From Dictyostelium discoideum (Eukaryota): 64,000 nucleotides of DNA. The stretch covers positions 4,512,001 to 4,576,000 of the forward strand of contig CM000153.2 in NCBI GenBank assembly GCA_000004695.1. Reading direction: 5' to 3'. Each line of letters begins with the position of its first letter. Position 1 is the first letter of the stretch. The notes beneath the pieces are model-generated. The model did not search any database, was not told where the DNA came from, and saw only the letters and a program-made list of their open reading frames with translations. This document shows, one piece after another, positions 11,561 through 24,015 of the stretch. The translations under genes and the position numbers were made by a program.

Positions 11561-14125
11561 CTCTTTGTTGATTTATTTTAATTGTTATAATTATTTTTTC
11601 GAATTTGTTGAATAAATTATTTTGTAATAATTGCGTCGAAAAGATTCTGTTGATAAAATTAAAATTTTTTTGATTCTTTTTTCCTTCAAAAAGAATATCT
11701 AATATGATTCCAAACTGTTCCAATTTAAAATTATTTTCAATGTTATTACCTTCTTTGCATAGAAACGGATTTTGATACTCGGAATCACAGCTTAATACTG
11801 TATGAATATAAAAATAAAAATTGATTTTTTGGTAAGAATAAAATAAAAAAATATAAATATAATTAAAAATAAAATAAAAAAATATAGGAAAATTATGGTA
11901 AAAAAAAAAAAAGAAGAAAAAAAAAAAAAAAAAAAAAAAAAAATCACAACAATGCTAAAAAACATCATCAATGGAATTGTGGAAGAGTAAGTTATTTATA
12001 TACAAACACAGTGTTTGATGATGGAAAATTAATTGGAAAATTCCATCACAAAAAAAAAAGAACAACATCATCCGAAACGCCACGAAAATTGGAAAATTAA
12101 AAAGAAAAATCCAAAAGTTTTTTTTGAAAAAATCCAAAAAAATCAAAAAATGAAAATTTGAGTGGGAAATTGATCAAAATAATAAACAATAAACAATTAA
12201 AATATCTCGGAGAAAAACAAGTGTGTGAAGAATTTCGTGTAATCATAGTATACATATATGTGGTGTTATGATGATATCATCGGGTTAATTAATTAAAAAA
12301 AAACTTACCAAAATTTTTCAAATAGATATTTTCTTCATAATTTTCATTGGTGGTGGCGCTGGCGGTGGTGGTATTGGTATCGGAATTATTTTTATTATTG
12401 TCAACTGGGAAACAACAATTTAAAATGAATATCCAAATCAAATGATAATGTGGTTGAGTTTCTTTAAATTGTTGATTATTGAAAACTAATGTAATAAATT
12501 CAGGAACTTTTTGAATAAAATGTGAAAACATCATGGATTTGATTGACAATTTAGTTAAACTTTCAAGTACTGGTGAAACATTTAATGGTGATTCCATAAA
12601 TTTAAATACAATCAATGATATATATTGTGACAAAATTCCACCATGAATTAATGTTTTATCCCATTCACCATTATCGATTTCCTTTAATGGGAATTCAGAA
12701 TAAAAATAAATTAAATTTGTAATCTTTTAAAATAAATAAATAAATAGTTAGTATGATTTCCTTTTTTTTTTTTTTTTATTTTTTAAAGTTATTATTACAC
12801 TTACTGATTCAAATTCAATTTTTGAATTAATTTGAATAAATTGATCATTTGGAATTGAAACCCAAAATGCAATTCTATCAAGTAAATAAGGTAATAATTG
12901 ATGAATATATTTTGAAATACAAAGAGTACTTTTTGAATCAATTTGTGAGGAAGGGATTAATGATAAACTTGATAATATTGATAAAATTGTTTTAAATTGA
13001 AATGGTGATAATAATTTATTATTATTATTATCATCATTTTGTTGTTGATTAATTTGTAAAATTTTAAAAACTAATGGTAAAATGTATGGAATATCAGAAA
13101 CATTATGAATCATTCTATCTCTTAGTAAATAGATGAAATTTGGTAATAATTGTTGAAGTAATAAATTATTATTTGAGACTAACAATGATGAAACTTCTTC
13201 AATATCTTGTAACATTGAATAATCTTCCCAAACAGTATCATCTGAAATATGATCATATGAAATTGGTTCAATTATTTTCAATAATTTATTAGTTATTGAT
13301 TTCCAACTAATTTCACCACCACCACTAAAATATGAATGGAAATCATCATCATCATTATTATTATTATTATTTTCAAATGGTTCATAAGCATCTTCTTTAT
13401 CTTCTTTATTTTCTGTATCATTAATTTCAACAATTTTACCACTGGTCTCATTTTCATTGCTTTCATTTTCACTTCTTTTTAATCTTTCATGCAAATCCTC
13501 TTCATCATCATCTTTATCAGTATCATTATCATCATCATCTAAATAATATTCATCAAATAGTGAATGTAAATCATCCAATTTTGAAACTCTAATAATATAA
13601 TGGATTAGTCAATAATTTTATATATTTATATAGATAATTATTAATTGTAAAAGTTTATAAATACTTTAAGATGATTTTAAATAAATTTATATAAAAAAGA
13701 TAATATAATGAACTATATATTTTTGATAATTGTTTTGTTTCATTACTAATATTTGTTAATTTGGATTGCTTTTGTTGTTTTTGTTGTTGTTGTTCTTTTC
13801 TAATGATCGAATTATATTTTAAAGAGAATTCAGTGATAGTATCATAAAATTGATTATTTAATGGATATAATGATAATTTAGTTTCTTCATTTGGTTTATA
13901 TGTTAATTTACTATCCAATTTTGAAAGTTTTTCATAGGTATCTTTAATAAAACATTCTAAATTATTATTTGATATAATTGGTAAATAACTTGATAATTTA
14001 TTAAAAACTTCTTGATTATCTTCTTTTTTATCTTGTTTATTAATATTAGTATCAATATTATTTAAATCTTCAATATTTATATCTTGTTTTAATAATTCAT
14101 TAATAATATCATTTAATGTTGTCAT
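11376..14125 (-). CDS. Hypothetical acidic/N-rich protein, proposed 4 exons (about 665 aa)
   Basis: On the minus strand the exons are 14125..13747, 13586..12805, 12723..12309 and 11797..11376. The 13578 and 12633 ORFs in the track start at TTG, not ATG, and both stay open upstream to an AG acceptor. A phase-1 donor ATTA|gtaatg at 13746 joins tattagag|TT at 13587. The donor TCA|gtaagt at 12804 joins ttttaaaag|ATT. The donor TTTTG|gtaagt at 12308 joins catacag|TATTAAGC at 11798. All phases are consistent (379+782+415+422 = 1998 nt). The third intron is unusually long at 511 bp and is not uniformly AT-rich. I recognise no domain. Confidence 0.5.
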
Positions 14126-14216
14126 TTTTATTATTATTTCAATTACAATGAATTCATTAAAATATTAAAAAAAAAAAAAAAAAAAAAACACCAACAACCC
14201 TTTTTTTTTTATTTTC

Positions 14217-14253
<37 letters not shown>

Positions 14254-14379
14254 TATGCACTGTCTATTTTTAACACGTTTTTAAAATTTAAAATAATAAT
14301 TTTTTATTTTATTTTATTTTTAATTTCAATTTTTATAAATAAATATTAATACAAATGTATTGTTATAAGGGATGTAATA

Positions 14380-16203
14380 TTAAACTATTGGTAATTGTAA
14401 TAAATCATTTGTTAGATTTGAATTATTTGGTTGATGGTGATGATGATGGTGATGATTATTTACAGAGATTGAATTATTCATTTGACTTTGCGTATTGTTA
14501 TCATTTGATGATGAAAATAATGAAGAATATAAAAGTTGTTGATTATTCATTGGATTTAAAGTTGATTGAGGAACGAAAAAGTTCATACATAAACCTTGAA
14601 ACCTTTCTAATTCTTTCTTGGATGGACAATTCTCACAGAAGCAACCAATACTATTGTTATTATTATTGTTACCTCCTTTTGTTGATGATACATCACTATT
14701 TGCATCACCAACACCAAGTTCATCCATAAATGTAGCAACCAATTGCTCTAAATCATCAGAACGTAATTGTTCAACCATTTTCGTAATAATATCTTTTCTT
14801 TCAGATTCTGGTACGTATTTAAATGCTTCGACAACTCTATTAAATGAATTTTGAAAATTACTCGATTGATTTTGTTGTTTTTGTTGTTGTGGTTGTACAG
14901 GTTGTTGTTTTTGTTGTATAGAAGAAGCAGAAGAAGAGGAAGTAGTAGTGGTAGTATTATTATTAGTCGAAGATACTTTTTGTTGTTTTGATTGATGATT
15001 TAATAATTGTTGTTGTAAATGTTGTTGATTTTTCTGTTTTGAAATATTGAAATCGATTGAATCATTATCGTCATCATCATTGTTATCATCGTCATCAGAT
15101 TCATCGGATTCACTTGAATCATTATTATTATTATTATATTTATTATTACCATTTGAATAAGAACTTAATGAAGGGGTAGAAGAATTTGAAGAATCATCAC
15201 AAATTGAACCACCACCATTTTGACAATTGGAATTACTATTATTATTATTATTATTATTATTTTGATCTTTTTTTGAACAATAAGGTTCCATATCGAATTC
15301 AATTAAATGTTGTTGATATAAATTTTTAATCCATTTACTTTGACTATCTTGAAACTTTTGTAATTTCTTTAATTTATCTGTAAGAATTTCATGAAATGTC
15401 TTTTTCTTTAATATTGGTATACCTTCTTTTTTAACATGATCAACTTTTGAAACGATTCTAATTGGATGAGAAACAACACAAAGATTATAGATTGGATTTG
15501 GTAATTGGGAATTTAAATTTGCTATTGAATTACCACCTATATTATTCAAGATGGTCATAATTGGTTCATTAGGTGATGGGGATGGTACACTTGTATGACT
15601 TATATGTAAAACTGCAAGAAACATTGAGCCTTGATGTTGTGATGAAAGAATACCAACCTTTACATCAACAACAACTTCAGTACCATCTTCACTAACGGTT
15701 GCAACATATTGTAATGGTTCATTATGAATAAAATCTACCATTTTTGGTGGATCACAATCATAGAGAAGTGTAGCTTTAATAACATAATTATGAAAATTGA
15801 ATTGTGGATCGTTTGATTTCATTGAAATACCAAATGGTGTGTTTTTAACTACAACATGAACTTGTTTTATAAAATTATGTGGTTTTTGAAGTTGACAAAG
15901 AACTTGTTGTACATAATAAGGATTTAAAGAATTTAAAGAATAAACACTCGATTGGTTATTGTGTTGTTGTTGTGAATGATTTTGTTGTTGTTGTTGTTGC
16001 TGTTGTTGTTGACCTTGTAATTGTAAAATTTGTTTATTTTTTAAAGCATTTGCAGCTGGACTACCATTTTTATTTATAATTGGTGAACCTCCATTTTGAA
16101 TTGAACTTATTAATGTTTGTAACTTTGGTGGAGAAAATTTAATCTCTTCTACAGCCACCGCACCTTGTTTTGTAATTTCAATTAAAGCTTGATTATAAAT
16201 CAT
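14380..16203 (-). CDS. Q/N-rich nuclear-factor-like protein, paralog 2 of the 8436-10001 gene (possibly CudA-family), 607 aa
   Basis: A complete ATG(16203)-to-stop ORF. Its central block VHVVVKNTPFGISMKSNDPQ...ATLLYDCDPPKMVDFIHNEPLQYV...SSQHQGSMFLAVLHISH...IYNLCVVSHPIRIVSKVDHVKKEGIPILKKKTFHEILTDKLKK and C-terminal block FNRVVEAFKYVPESERKDIITKMVEQLRSDDLEQLVATFMDELGVGD are colinear with the same blocks in paralog 1. It also has a Cys-rich CFCENCPSKKELERF segment. Confidence 0.7.
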   Translation of the reverse strand: MIYNQALIEITKQGAVAVEEIKFSPPKLQTLISSIQNGGSPIINKNGSPAANALKNKQILQLQGQQQQQQQQQQNHSQQQHNNQSSVYSLNSLNPYYVQQVLCQLQKPHNFIKQVHVVVKNTPFGISMKSNDPQFNFHNYVIKATLLYDCDPPKMVDFIHNEPLQYVATVSEDGTEVVVDVKVGILSSQHQGSMFLAVLHISHTSVPSPSPNEPIMTILNNIGGNSIANLNSQLPNPIYNLCVVSHPIRIVSKVDHVKKEGIPILKKKTFHEILTDKLKKLQKFQDSQSKWIKNLYQQHLIEFDMEPYCSKKDQNNNNNNNNSNSNCQNGGGSICDDSSNSSTPSLSSYSNGNNKYNNNNNDSSESDESDDDDNNDDDDNDSIDFNISKQKNQQHLQQQLLNHQSKQQKVSSTNNNTTTTTSSSSASSIQQKQQPVQPQQQKQQNQSSNFQNSFNRVVEAFKYVPESERKDIITKMVEQLRSDDLEQLVATFMDELGVGDANSDVSSTKGGNNNNNNSIGCFCENCPSKKELERFQGLCMNFFVPQSTLNPMNNQQLLYSSLFSSSNDNNTQSQMNNSISVNNHHHHHHHQPNNSNLTNDLLQLPIV

Positions 16204-16963
16204 TCTTTAAAAAAATTTTAATAAAATTATAAATTAATTAATTATTATTATATTATTATTATTATTTGTTTATTATTATTTCTTTACTATATTAATTATT
16301 AATTTTTTTTTTTTTTGTAAGTGATGATGAATTTTTATAAAAAAAAATAATAATAATTAAAAAAGAAAAAATAATAATAATAATAATAAAAAAAAAAAAT
16401 AATAAAATAAAAATTAAAAAATTAAAAATTAATAATTAAAAAAAAAAAAAATTAAAAATAATAAATTTTTTATACTATATATGATTAATTATAAATATAG
16501 TAAAATTAAACACCACACTTTTTAAATTAAATATTACTATTTATAATTATGGTAAAATAATTATAATTATTATTTTTAGGGAATATTGATCGATTGATTT
16601 GTGATTTATTTTTTAATAATATGATTGAAACGATCGTTTATTTTTGGAAAAAAAAAAAAAAAAAAAATTTAAATGTGTATGTATTTTAAAAAATTGTTTA
16701 AATTAATTTATTTTCTTGGGATGGGAGGTGTTAATATTATTATTAAAATATTTAAAAAAAAATATAAATATATATATATAAGGGTATTTTTTTAAAAATG
16801 AAAAAAATTATAAAATATTAAAAAAAATTAGGAAAAAGATAAGGCGATTTTAAGATATTTATAGATAATTATTTTTCTTGAATGAAATTTGTTGGTTGCT
16901 CCAAATGGTTATTTTGTCAATGATATTTATTTGGAAGAATGTTTACTTTTTTTTTATACAGTA

Positions 16964-16995
<32 letters not shown>

Positions 16996-17099
16996 CTTTG
17001 TTTTTTTAATTATTTGTTTTTTATTTTATTTTATTAATTTTCTCTTTATTTTTTTAAAATATTACAAAAATTTGATCAATTCAAATTTTAATATTGGTT

Positions 17100-17650
17100 T
17101 ATTATAAGTAGTTATCATAACAATATTTTTAAAATTAAAAACACATACACACACACATACACATATATATAAACACAGAAATACATTCATTCTAACACGC
17201 ACTAACCCATTTTTAAAACTAAAAAACTCAAAAATACCCACGCACCTATATGTTGTTATTTATATAACATATTAAATTTAAAAAAACAACACACTACCCC
17301 CCTTTGTCCCCCATAATAATTTTAACCATAATTATATATATAGTATAAATATTAAAATATTTATTTATGATAACATAGGTGTTCCATATTTTTGTACAAA
17401 AATGGCAAGTAATTAATTTATAATAATATATATATATCACCATTTATAATATTTTAAAAATTATATCTGTGTATGTGTGTGTGTATGTGTATGTAAGTGT
17501 GTGATAGTATTATTTTAAAAATTGTTAATATACACAATTAAAAAAAAAAAAAAAAACACAATTTAAAAACAACCTCAAAACATATATTAAAACACACATT
17601 AACACACACATTAATAGAAACTCTCGCTTAAAAATTAAATACAAACCCCC
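17100..17650. promoter_or_regulatory. CA-rich / TG-rich box cluster (candidate upstream regulatory region), 0.9-1.4 kb upstream of the 16203 minus-strand gene
   Basis: The segment 17141-17178, acacatacacacacacatacacatatatataaacacag, has an inverted counterpart at 17466-17503, tctgtgtatgtgtgtgtgtatgtgtatgtaagtgtgtg, about 290 bp away. Further CA-rich boxes lie at 17560-17640. CA-rich elements are known in Dictyostelium developmental promoters. The call rests on composition alone. Confidence 0.25.
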
Positions 17651-19488
17651 ACAATCTTATTTTTTTTATTTTTTTTCCATTTGTATTTATTTCTGATTAT
17701 TCACTTTTAAGTTTAATAGGAAAAAAAAAACAAGTGTTTGTTTTTAATGCTTGCATCATTATGGAATACAAAAAAAAAATTGTGGCGAATAGTTTATAAC
17801 AAATTTTTAAACTACAAAAAAAAAAAAAAATAAAATTAGTATTTGTTTTGTTTATAATAATACACTATCCCAGGATAGGTTAAAAAAAAAATAAAAAAAA
17901 ATTAAAAAAAATTAAAAAAAAATTTTGGATCAAACACGACGATGACCACATGATTTTTTTAATTGTTATTTATTGGGGAGTTTATTATGAACTGTGTATT
18001 TGCATATATCATTTTCAATTCAAGTAAATTGGCAACACTAATTATTATTTTCAAATAAAAAAATAAAAAAAATAAAAAATAAAAAAATAATATGTTAAAG
18101 TAATTTACTTAACATGTCCAAAATTTAATATCTTATTAATATCAAATAATTAATAATTCGATTATTTTAATCCAAATTAATAAAAAAAAAAAAAAAAGAC
18201 AAAGATCTATTAAAATTAATTATACGTGAACATCAACAAAATTATTTGAAATTATTTTTATACAAGTATCTCTTACATCAATTTTTTTTTAAAAAAACAT
18301 AATAATAAAAATAAAAGATCTTTTAAATCGGTATAAAAAAAAAAAAAAAATTATAATATCAATGGTAAAAAATAAAAAACATTTTTTTTTTTTTTTATTT
18401 TTTTTTTTTTTAAATAAATCAACCCGAACAAATTAAAGTCGAAAATATTGGTTTTGTGTTAAAAAAAAGAGTGAGCAAAAAACGATCAGTTTTATAAAAG
18501 ACAAAAAATAAAAAAAAAAAACTATTTTTTTTGTAAATTAAACACGTGAGCTTTTCCAATGAATAGAAAAAAAAAAAAAAAAAAAATTCTAAAAGGGGAC
18601 TTGGTTTGTAGATTTTTTAATTTTCACAAGTTTATTTATGTCGTTATCATTTTTATTCAAAGATTTTATTGTTTTTGGATTTGATTTAAAGTTTTGTTTT
18701 ATTTTTTGGAATAAAAAAAAAAAAAAAAAAAAATTATTAAAAAAAAAAAAAAAAAAGATATTTTCTCTTTATTTAAAAAAAACAATTTTTTTATTAGAAT
18801 TTTTTTTCAGAGATATTTTCAAGTTTTATTTTAATGAATGAAAATCATCAAATTTAGAAAAAATGATATAAATTTGCAACTTAAATAATATTTTTTAAAT
18901 TATTTTAAATTTTTTTTTTTTTTAAAAAATATAATTAATATCTTGACAATTCCTATTATCTCTTTCTATAAATTATATTTCTGTTTTGGTTATTTTAAAG
19001 AAAGTTTTTTTTATACAAAATAGTAAAAAAATAGAAAAAAAAAAAAAAAAAAAGATTAGAAGGAACCAAAAAAAAAAAATTACAACCCATTATTTGGGTT
19101 CAAAATAAATCCAAAAAATAATTATGAGATATTAAATATTAGCCAAAATTATATTTTAGCAAAATCATTTGTAATGAGATTTTTTGAACTTATATTATTA
19201 TAAAATCTCATTTTTCATATTTACAATTTTTTTTTAAAAAAGACAATTTAAAATCATACATCTTGTTCTTTGTAGTATACTCTGAAATAATTTTTTTTTT
19301 TTTTTAAAAAAAAAATAAAAAAAAAAAAAAAACAAAATTAAATTGTGTAGACTGATTGGATTTTTTTTTTTTATTTTTTTTTTACTTTTTATTTTTTTTT
19401 TATATATCATTTGGTTTTGTTTTGTGTTTGGTTATTTCCATTTACCAAGTCAATACAAATGCTACCCCTCACACTTTTTTTTTTTTTT

Positions 19489-19520
<32 letters not shown>

Positions 19521-19938
19521 GTTGATTTTCCAGTGATGGTTTTATCACAATTTTTTTTTTTTTAAAATTAAAAATCACCCAAAAATTACAAAAGACTTTA
19601 ATCCAAAACACCAATCATGAAACTATCATCATTTCAATTTAAAAAAAAAAAAATTTGCAAATGAAAAAAAAAAAAACCTTTATTTTAATATGAAATTATT
19701 CAATTTTCGATTTAAATCAAGGATACAAAAAAATTAGATATTTTTTTTTCTTTTTAAACACACGCATTAAAACATAATTGGTTACTATAATTATAAAAAA
19801 AAAAAATTTTACTAACCTATTTTTTTTTTTTTTTTTTTTGTCAAAATTTGTGCATCCTGAAAATTTTAATTATGTGATCACTTTTTTTCATTTTTTTTTT
19901 TTTTATTATTATTATTTATAGATATTTTCCATTTGTTG

Positions 19939-19990
<52 letters not shown>

Positions 19991-21356
19991 TAAAAAAAAA
20001 AAAAAGACAACCATTTTTTTTTTTTTCATATTCTCCAAACAAATAAAGAAAAAAAAATAAAACTAAAATAAAAATAGAAAATAAAATAAAATATAATAAA
20101 ATAAAATAAAATAAAATAAAATAAAACTATAAAATAAATATAAAAATAAATAAAACTATAAAATAAATATAAAAATAAATAAAAAAAAAATAAAAAAAAA
20201 AATAAATACCAAATTTTTTCTTTTACTTTAATTGGTTTAAGAATTCTAATCTGAAAGTAATTATTTTATATCACTTTTATATCTATTAATATTATTTTTT
20301 TTTTTTTTTTTTTTTTGTTAGCAACACCAATTTGTTTTAAAAGTTTCATCATTTATTTTTTTTTTTTTTTTAATATTTTTTATTTTTTTTTTTTTATTTA
20401 ATTTTTTTTTTTTTTTTTCAAGTCAAAAATTGATTGGATTGGATAGTTGTCTTAAAAATCTCAAAATTAGTTATTTCCTTTATAAAAAAAAAAAATTTCA
20501 CATAAAACCTTTTCTTTTTTTTTTTTTTTTTATTTTTCTTTTTTTTTGAAATTGATTGGATAAAATCTCATCAAATTAAATCAATTCACAATCCATTTTC
20601 TTTTTTAATTTTATTAAATTTAATTTATTTATTTCATTATTTTTATTTTATTTTTTTTTTATTATTTGAAAAAAAAAAAAAAGAATAAATAATACAAAGG
20701 TTAAAAAATTCTTTGTTTTTAAAAATAAAAATCACTTTCCAAAAATTTTTGTTAAAAAAAAAAAAAAATTTAAAAGAAACTTAAAAAATCCAATAATATA
20801 AAAGAAGATTAGATTTTATTATTGTGGAATTCCACACAAAACCTTTTAAATATTTTAAATACGAAGATTTACAGTTTTGTATAAAAAACCTAAACACCTC
20901 TATTTCTTTTGTTTGTTCCAAAACCCAAAAATACAATTGTTTGCTTTAATTTTAGCTTCTTTTTATATTTTATTTTATTTTTTTTTATTTTATTTTTTTT
21001 TTTTTAACCCCATCTTTTTTTTTTTTTCGCCCTCGTAAAAACCCACAAAAAAAAAAAAAAAAAAAAATTTCGTCAAAAAAAATAAAAATACCCCAAATTG
21101 TGGTTATTTTTAGAAAAAAGAAAAAATCTCAAAGTGGATCAATATTGAATTAACTTTTTCCACTTTGGTGATTTTACAAATTTTTTTCATTCACACTTTA
21201 AAATATCATATGCCAAGTTAATCATCATTAATTCGGGATTCAAATAATAATTTGTAAAAAACATCTTTTTCGTGTTAATTTTTTATTTTTTTTCTTTTCT
21301 TTTTTTTTTTTTTATTAGTGTGTGATCATGATATTTTGAATTCTTAAAAAAAAAAG

Positions 21357-21388
<32 letters not shown>

Positions 21389-22199
21389 TGCTTGCCGTTA
21401 GAAAAAAAAAAAAAAAAAAAAAAAATGATTACAGCAAAGGTTGAATTTGGGATTAGTGCTCAATTAATATCATCGATACGATATTATAATTTGATGATTA
21501 AAATTATAAAAAATATATTTTTTTTTTTTTTTTCATTTTTTTTTTAATTTTTTTTTTTTTTTGATGTAAATTTAAATTAAACTTTTCTTAAAAAAAAAAA
21601 AAAAAAAAAACCTTTTCTTTAAATTTCAACATAAATAATTTTTTTAAAAATACTTTAGTTTTTACAATTTTTTTTTTTTGTTTAAATAAAACCTAATTTT
21701 TATTTTTTTTTTTAAAAAAAAATATATTTTTTTTTTTTTTTTTTTAAAATTTTAATTTAACCAAAAAAAATTTTATTTAAACAATAATTATTTTTTCAGT
21801 TTTTTTTACCACTGAAAATAATTTTTGTTTATATCACTTTTTTTTAATAATAATATTAAATATAATAATAATAATAATAGTTAATAATAATTATTTTTAA
21901 TTTTTTTTAATCAATTAAGAATAATTTTTTTTTTTTCAAACTACCCCTTAAAATCAATTTTATAAAGTTTTTTTTGTTTTTTCCAGTACAAACAACTTCA
22001 TAAATTTATTTTTAATTTTTATTATTTTTCAATTTTTTCAATTTTTTCTATTTTCTAATAAATAATAATATCTTCTAATAATAAATAACCACTACCAATT
22101 CAAAAAACATTATCATCAATACTCTATACATACTTTTATAGATAAATCTTGAAATTTGAAAATCAACATTTTCATAAAATAAAACCCCAACTGTATGTT

Positions 22200-23100
22200 T
22201 TTATCCACATTAATATAATTTTTAATTATTTTTTATTTTCAAAAAAAAAAACACCACACACACACAAAACTTGGAATCCATATATTTTGTTATTTTTAAA
22301 CAAAAAAGTATGGCATCAGAATTTTAATTTTCAAATAATAGAGCTGGCTCTGTGAGCTCTTTTCTATTTTCATTGTCGTTATTGTTGTTGTTGTTTTTTT
22401 TTTTTTTTTTTTTTTTTTTTCTCTCTCTCTCTTTATAAAACACACATACTTTATGTTTTTCTTTTTTTCAACACCTAAGTGTTTAAAAAAAAAAAAAAAA
22501 GAAAAAAAAAAAAAAATCTCACCAAATCTATGATATATAACCCCTCCAATACCAATATAAAGATATAATTAATTTTTTTTTTTTTTTTTTGAAAATAAAA
22601 AAAAAAAATAAAAAAATAAAAAAAATAAAAAAATAAAACAACAACCAGTTTGATATTTGATCTCTTTATATCATAAAGAGTACGTTAAATCCAAATAATG
22701 ATCTGATTTTATAACTTTTTTTTTTTTTTTTTCCTCTCACTTTTTCTCTTTTCCAAATTTAAATTTCCACTCTCAATAAATTCTATTTTTAAAACATAAA
22801 AAAAAAAAAAAAAATAAAAAAAAAATAAAAAAAAATAAAAAAAAATAAAAAATATTCACACTTTCACACACAGACACACACACACACACACTCACACAAC
22901 CAATTTTTTATTTTTGTCACAGTGTTTGTTTTTTTTTTTTTAGAGCTATTTTTATTTTTATTTTTATTTTTTTATTTTTATTTTTGTTTTTATTTTTTTT
23001 TTTTTTTATTTATTTATTTATTTTTTTTTTTAATTATTTTTTCCTAAAAACAAACTCCCACTTTTATCATCACACTCACATAAACACAACACACAAACTG
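22200..23100. promoter_or_regulatory. CA-rich box cluster 0.9-1.8 kb upstream of the PHO80-like cyclin gene at 24016
   Basis: The boxes are acaccacacacacacaaaac (about 22250), (ct)n at 22420, cacactttcacacacagacacacacacacacacactcacacaacc (22860-22905) and tcacactcacataaacacaacacacaaactg (23060-23100). They sit in an otherwise homopolymer A/T background. Confidence 0.25.
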
Positions 23101-23139
23101 TAACAATAATATTTGTACAATTATACCATTAATAGGTTT

Positions 23140-23178
<39 letters not shown>

Positions 23179-23728
23179 CCACTTTTATTTTTTTTTTTTT
23201 TTTTTTTTTATCACATTAAAAAAATAAAATCACATGTGATACAATTTTATATAATTTTATAATTAACTCAGATCACATCATTTTTGTTTGAAAAAAGTAA
23301 TAGTAGTTACATTTTATTTTTAATTATAATTATTATTATTATTTTTTTTTTTTTTTTCCAATTTATTTTTTTGTTAAATTTTTTTTTATATTTATAATTT
23401 ATATTTTTATTTTCCAAAATTAGTTTTGATATTAATTATTAACATCAAATTTTTTATTTTTTTATTTTTACCTTCTCTAATAATATTTATTTTTTTGCTC
23501 AATAGATTCACATATTTTTCAAACTCAGTATAATAATAGAAACACTTTTATAAAATACACCACTCATAATCACCCACTTACACACCAACATTATTAGAAT
23601 CCAGAATCTATTTTTAAATACAAAATCACTCAAAGATTATTTTTTTTACTCAAATATATCAACTCTCTTCAATATCAATACCCTCAGAAAACACCTTTAG
23701 AATTGATTATTATAAAAATTTACAAGGT

Positions 23729-23759
<31 letters not shown>

Positions 23760-24015
23760 TTAAAAAATTAAAAAATTAAAATAATAATTAATAAAATAAA
23801 ATTATTCAATTATCATTATTACTAACTTCTAATTATATAATTTTGCCAAAAAATAAAAAAATAAAAAAATAAAAAAATAAAAAAATAAAAAAAAATAAAA
23901 AAAAAAATTAAATAATTTATTTTAAAAATAGAAAAAATTCAATTAATCACATAAATCACCACCATTACACAAAAATAAATAAATAAATAAATATATATAA
24001 ATAGATATTCAAAAA

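Noticed and set aside
14355-14854. Plus-strand ORFs 14355..14729 and 14618..14854
   Set aside because: They are antisense to the well-supported minus-strand paralog gene 14380-16203.
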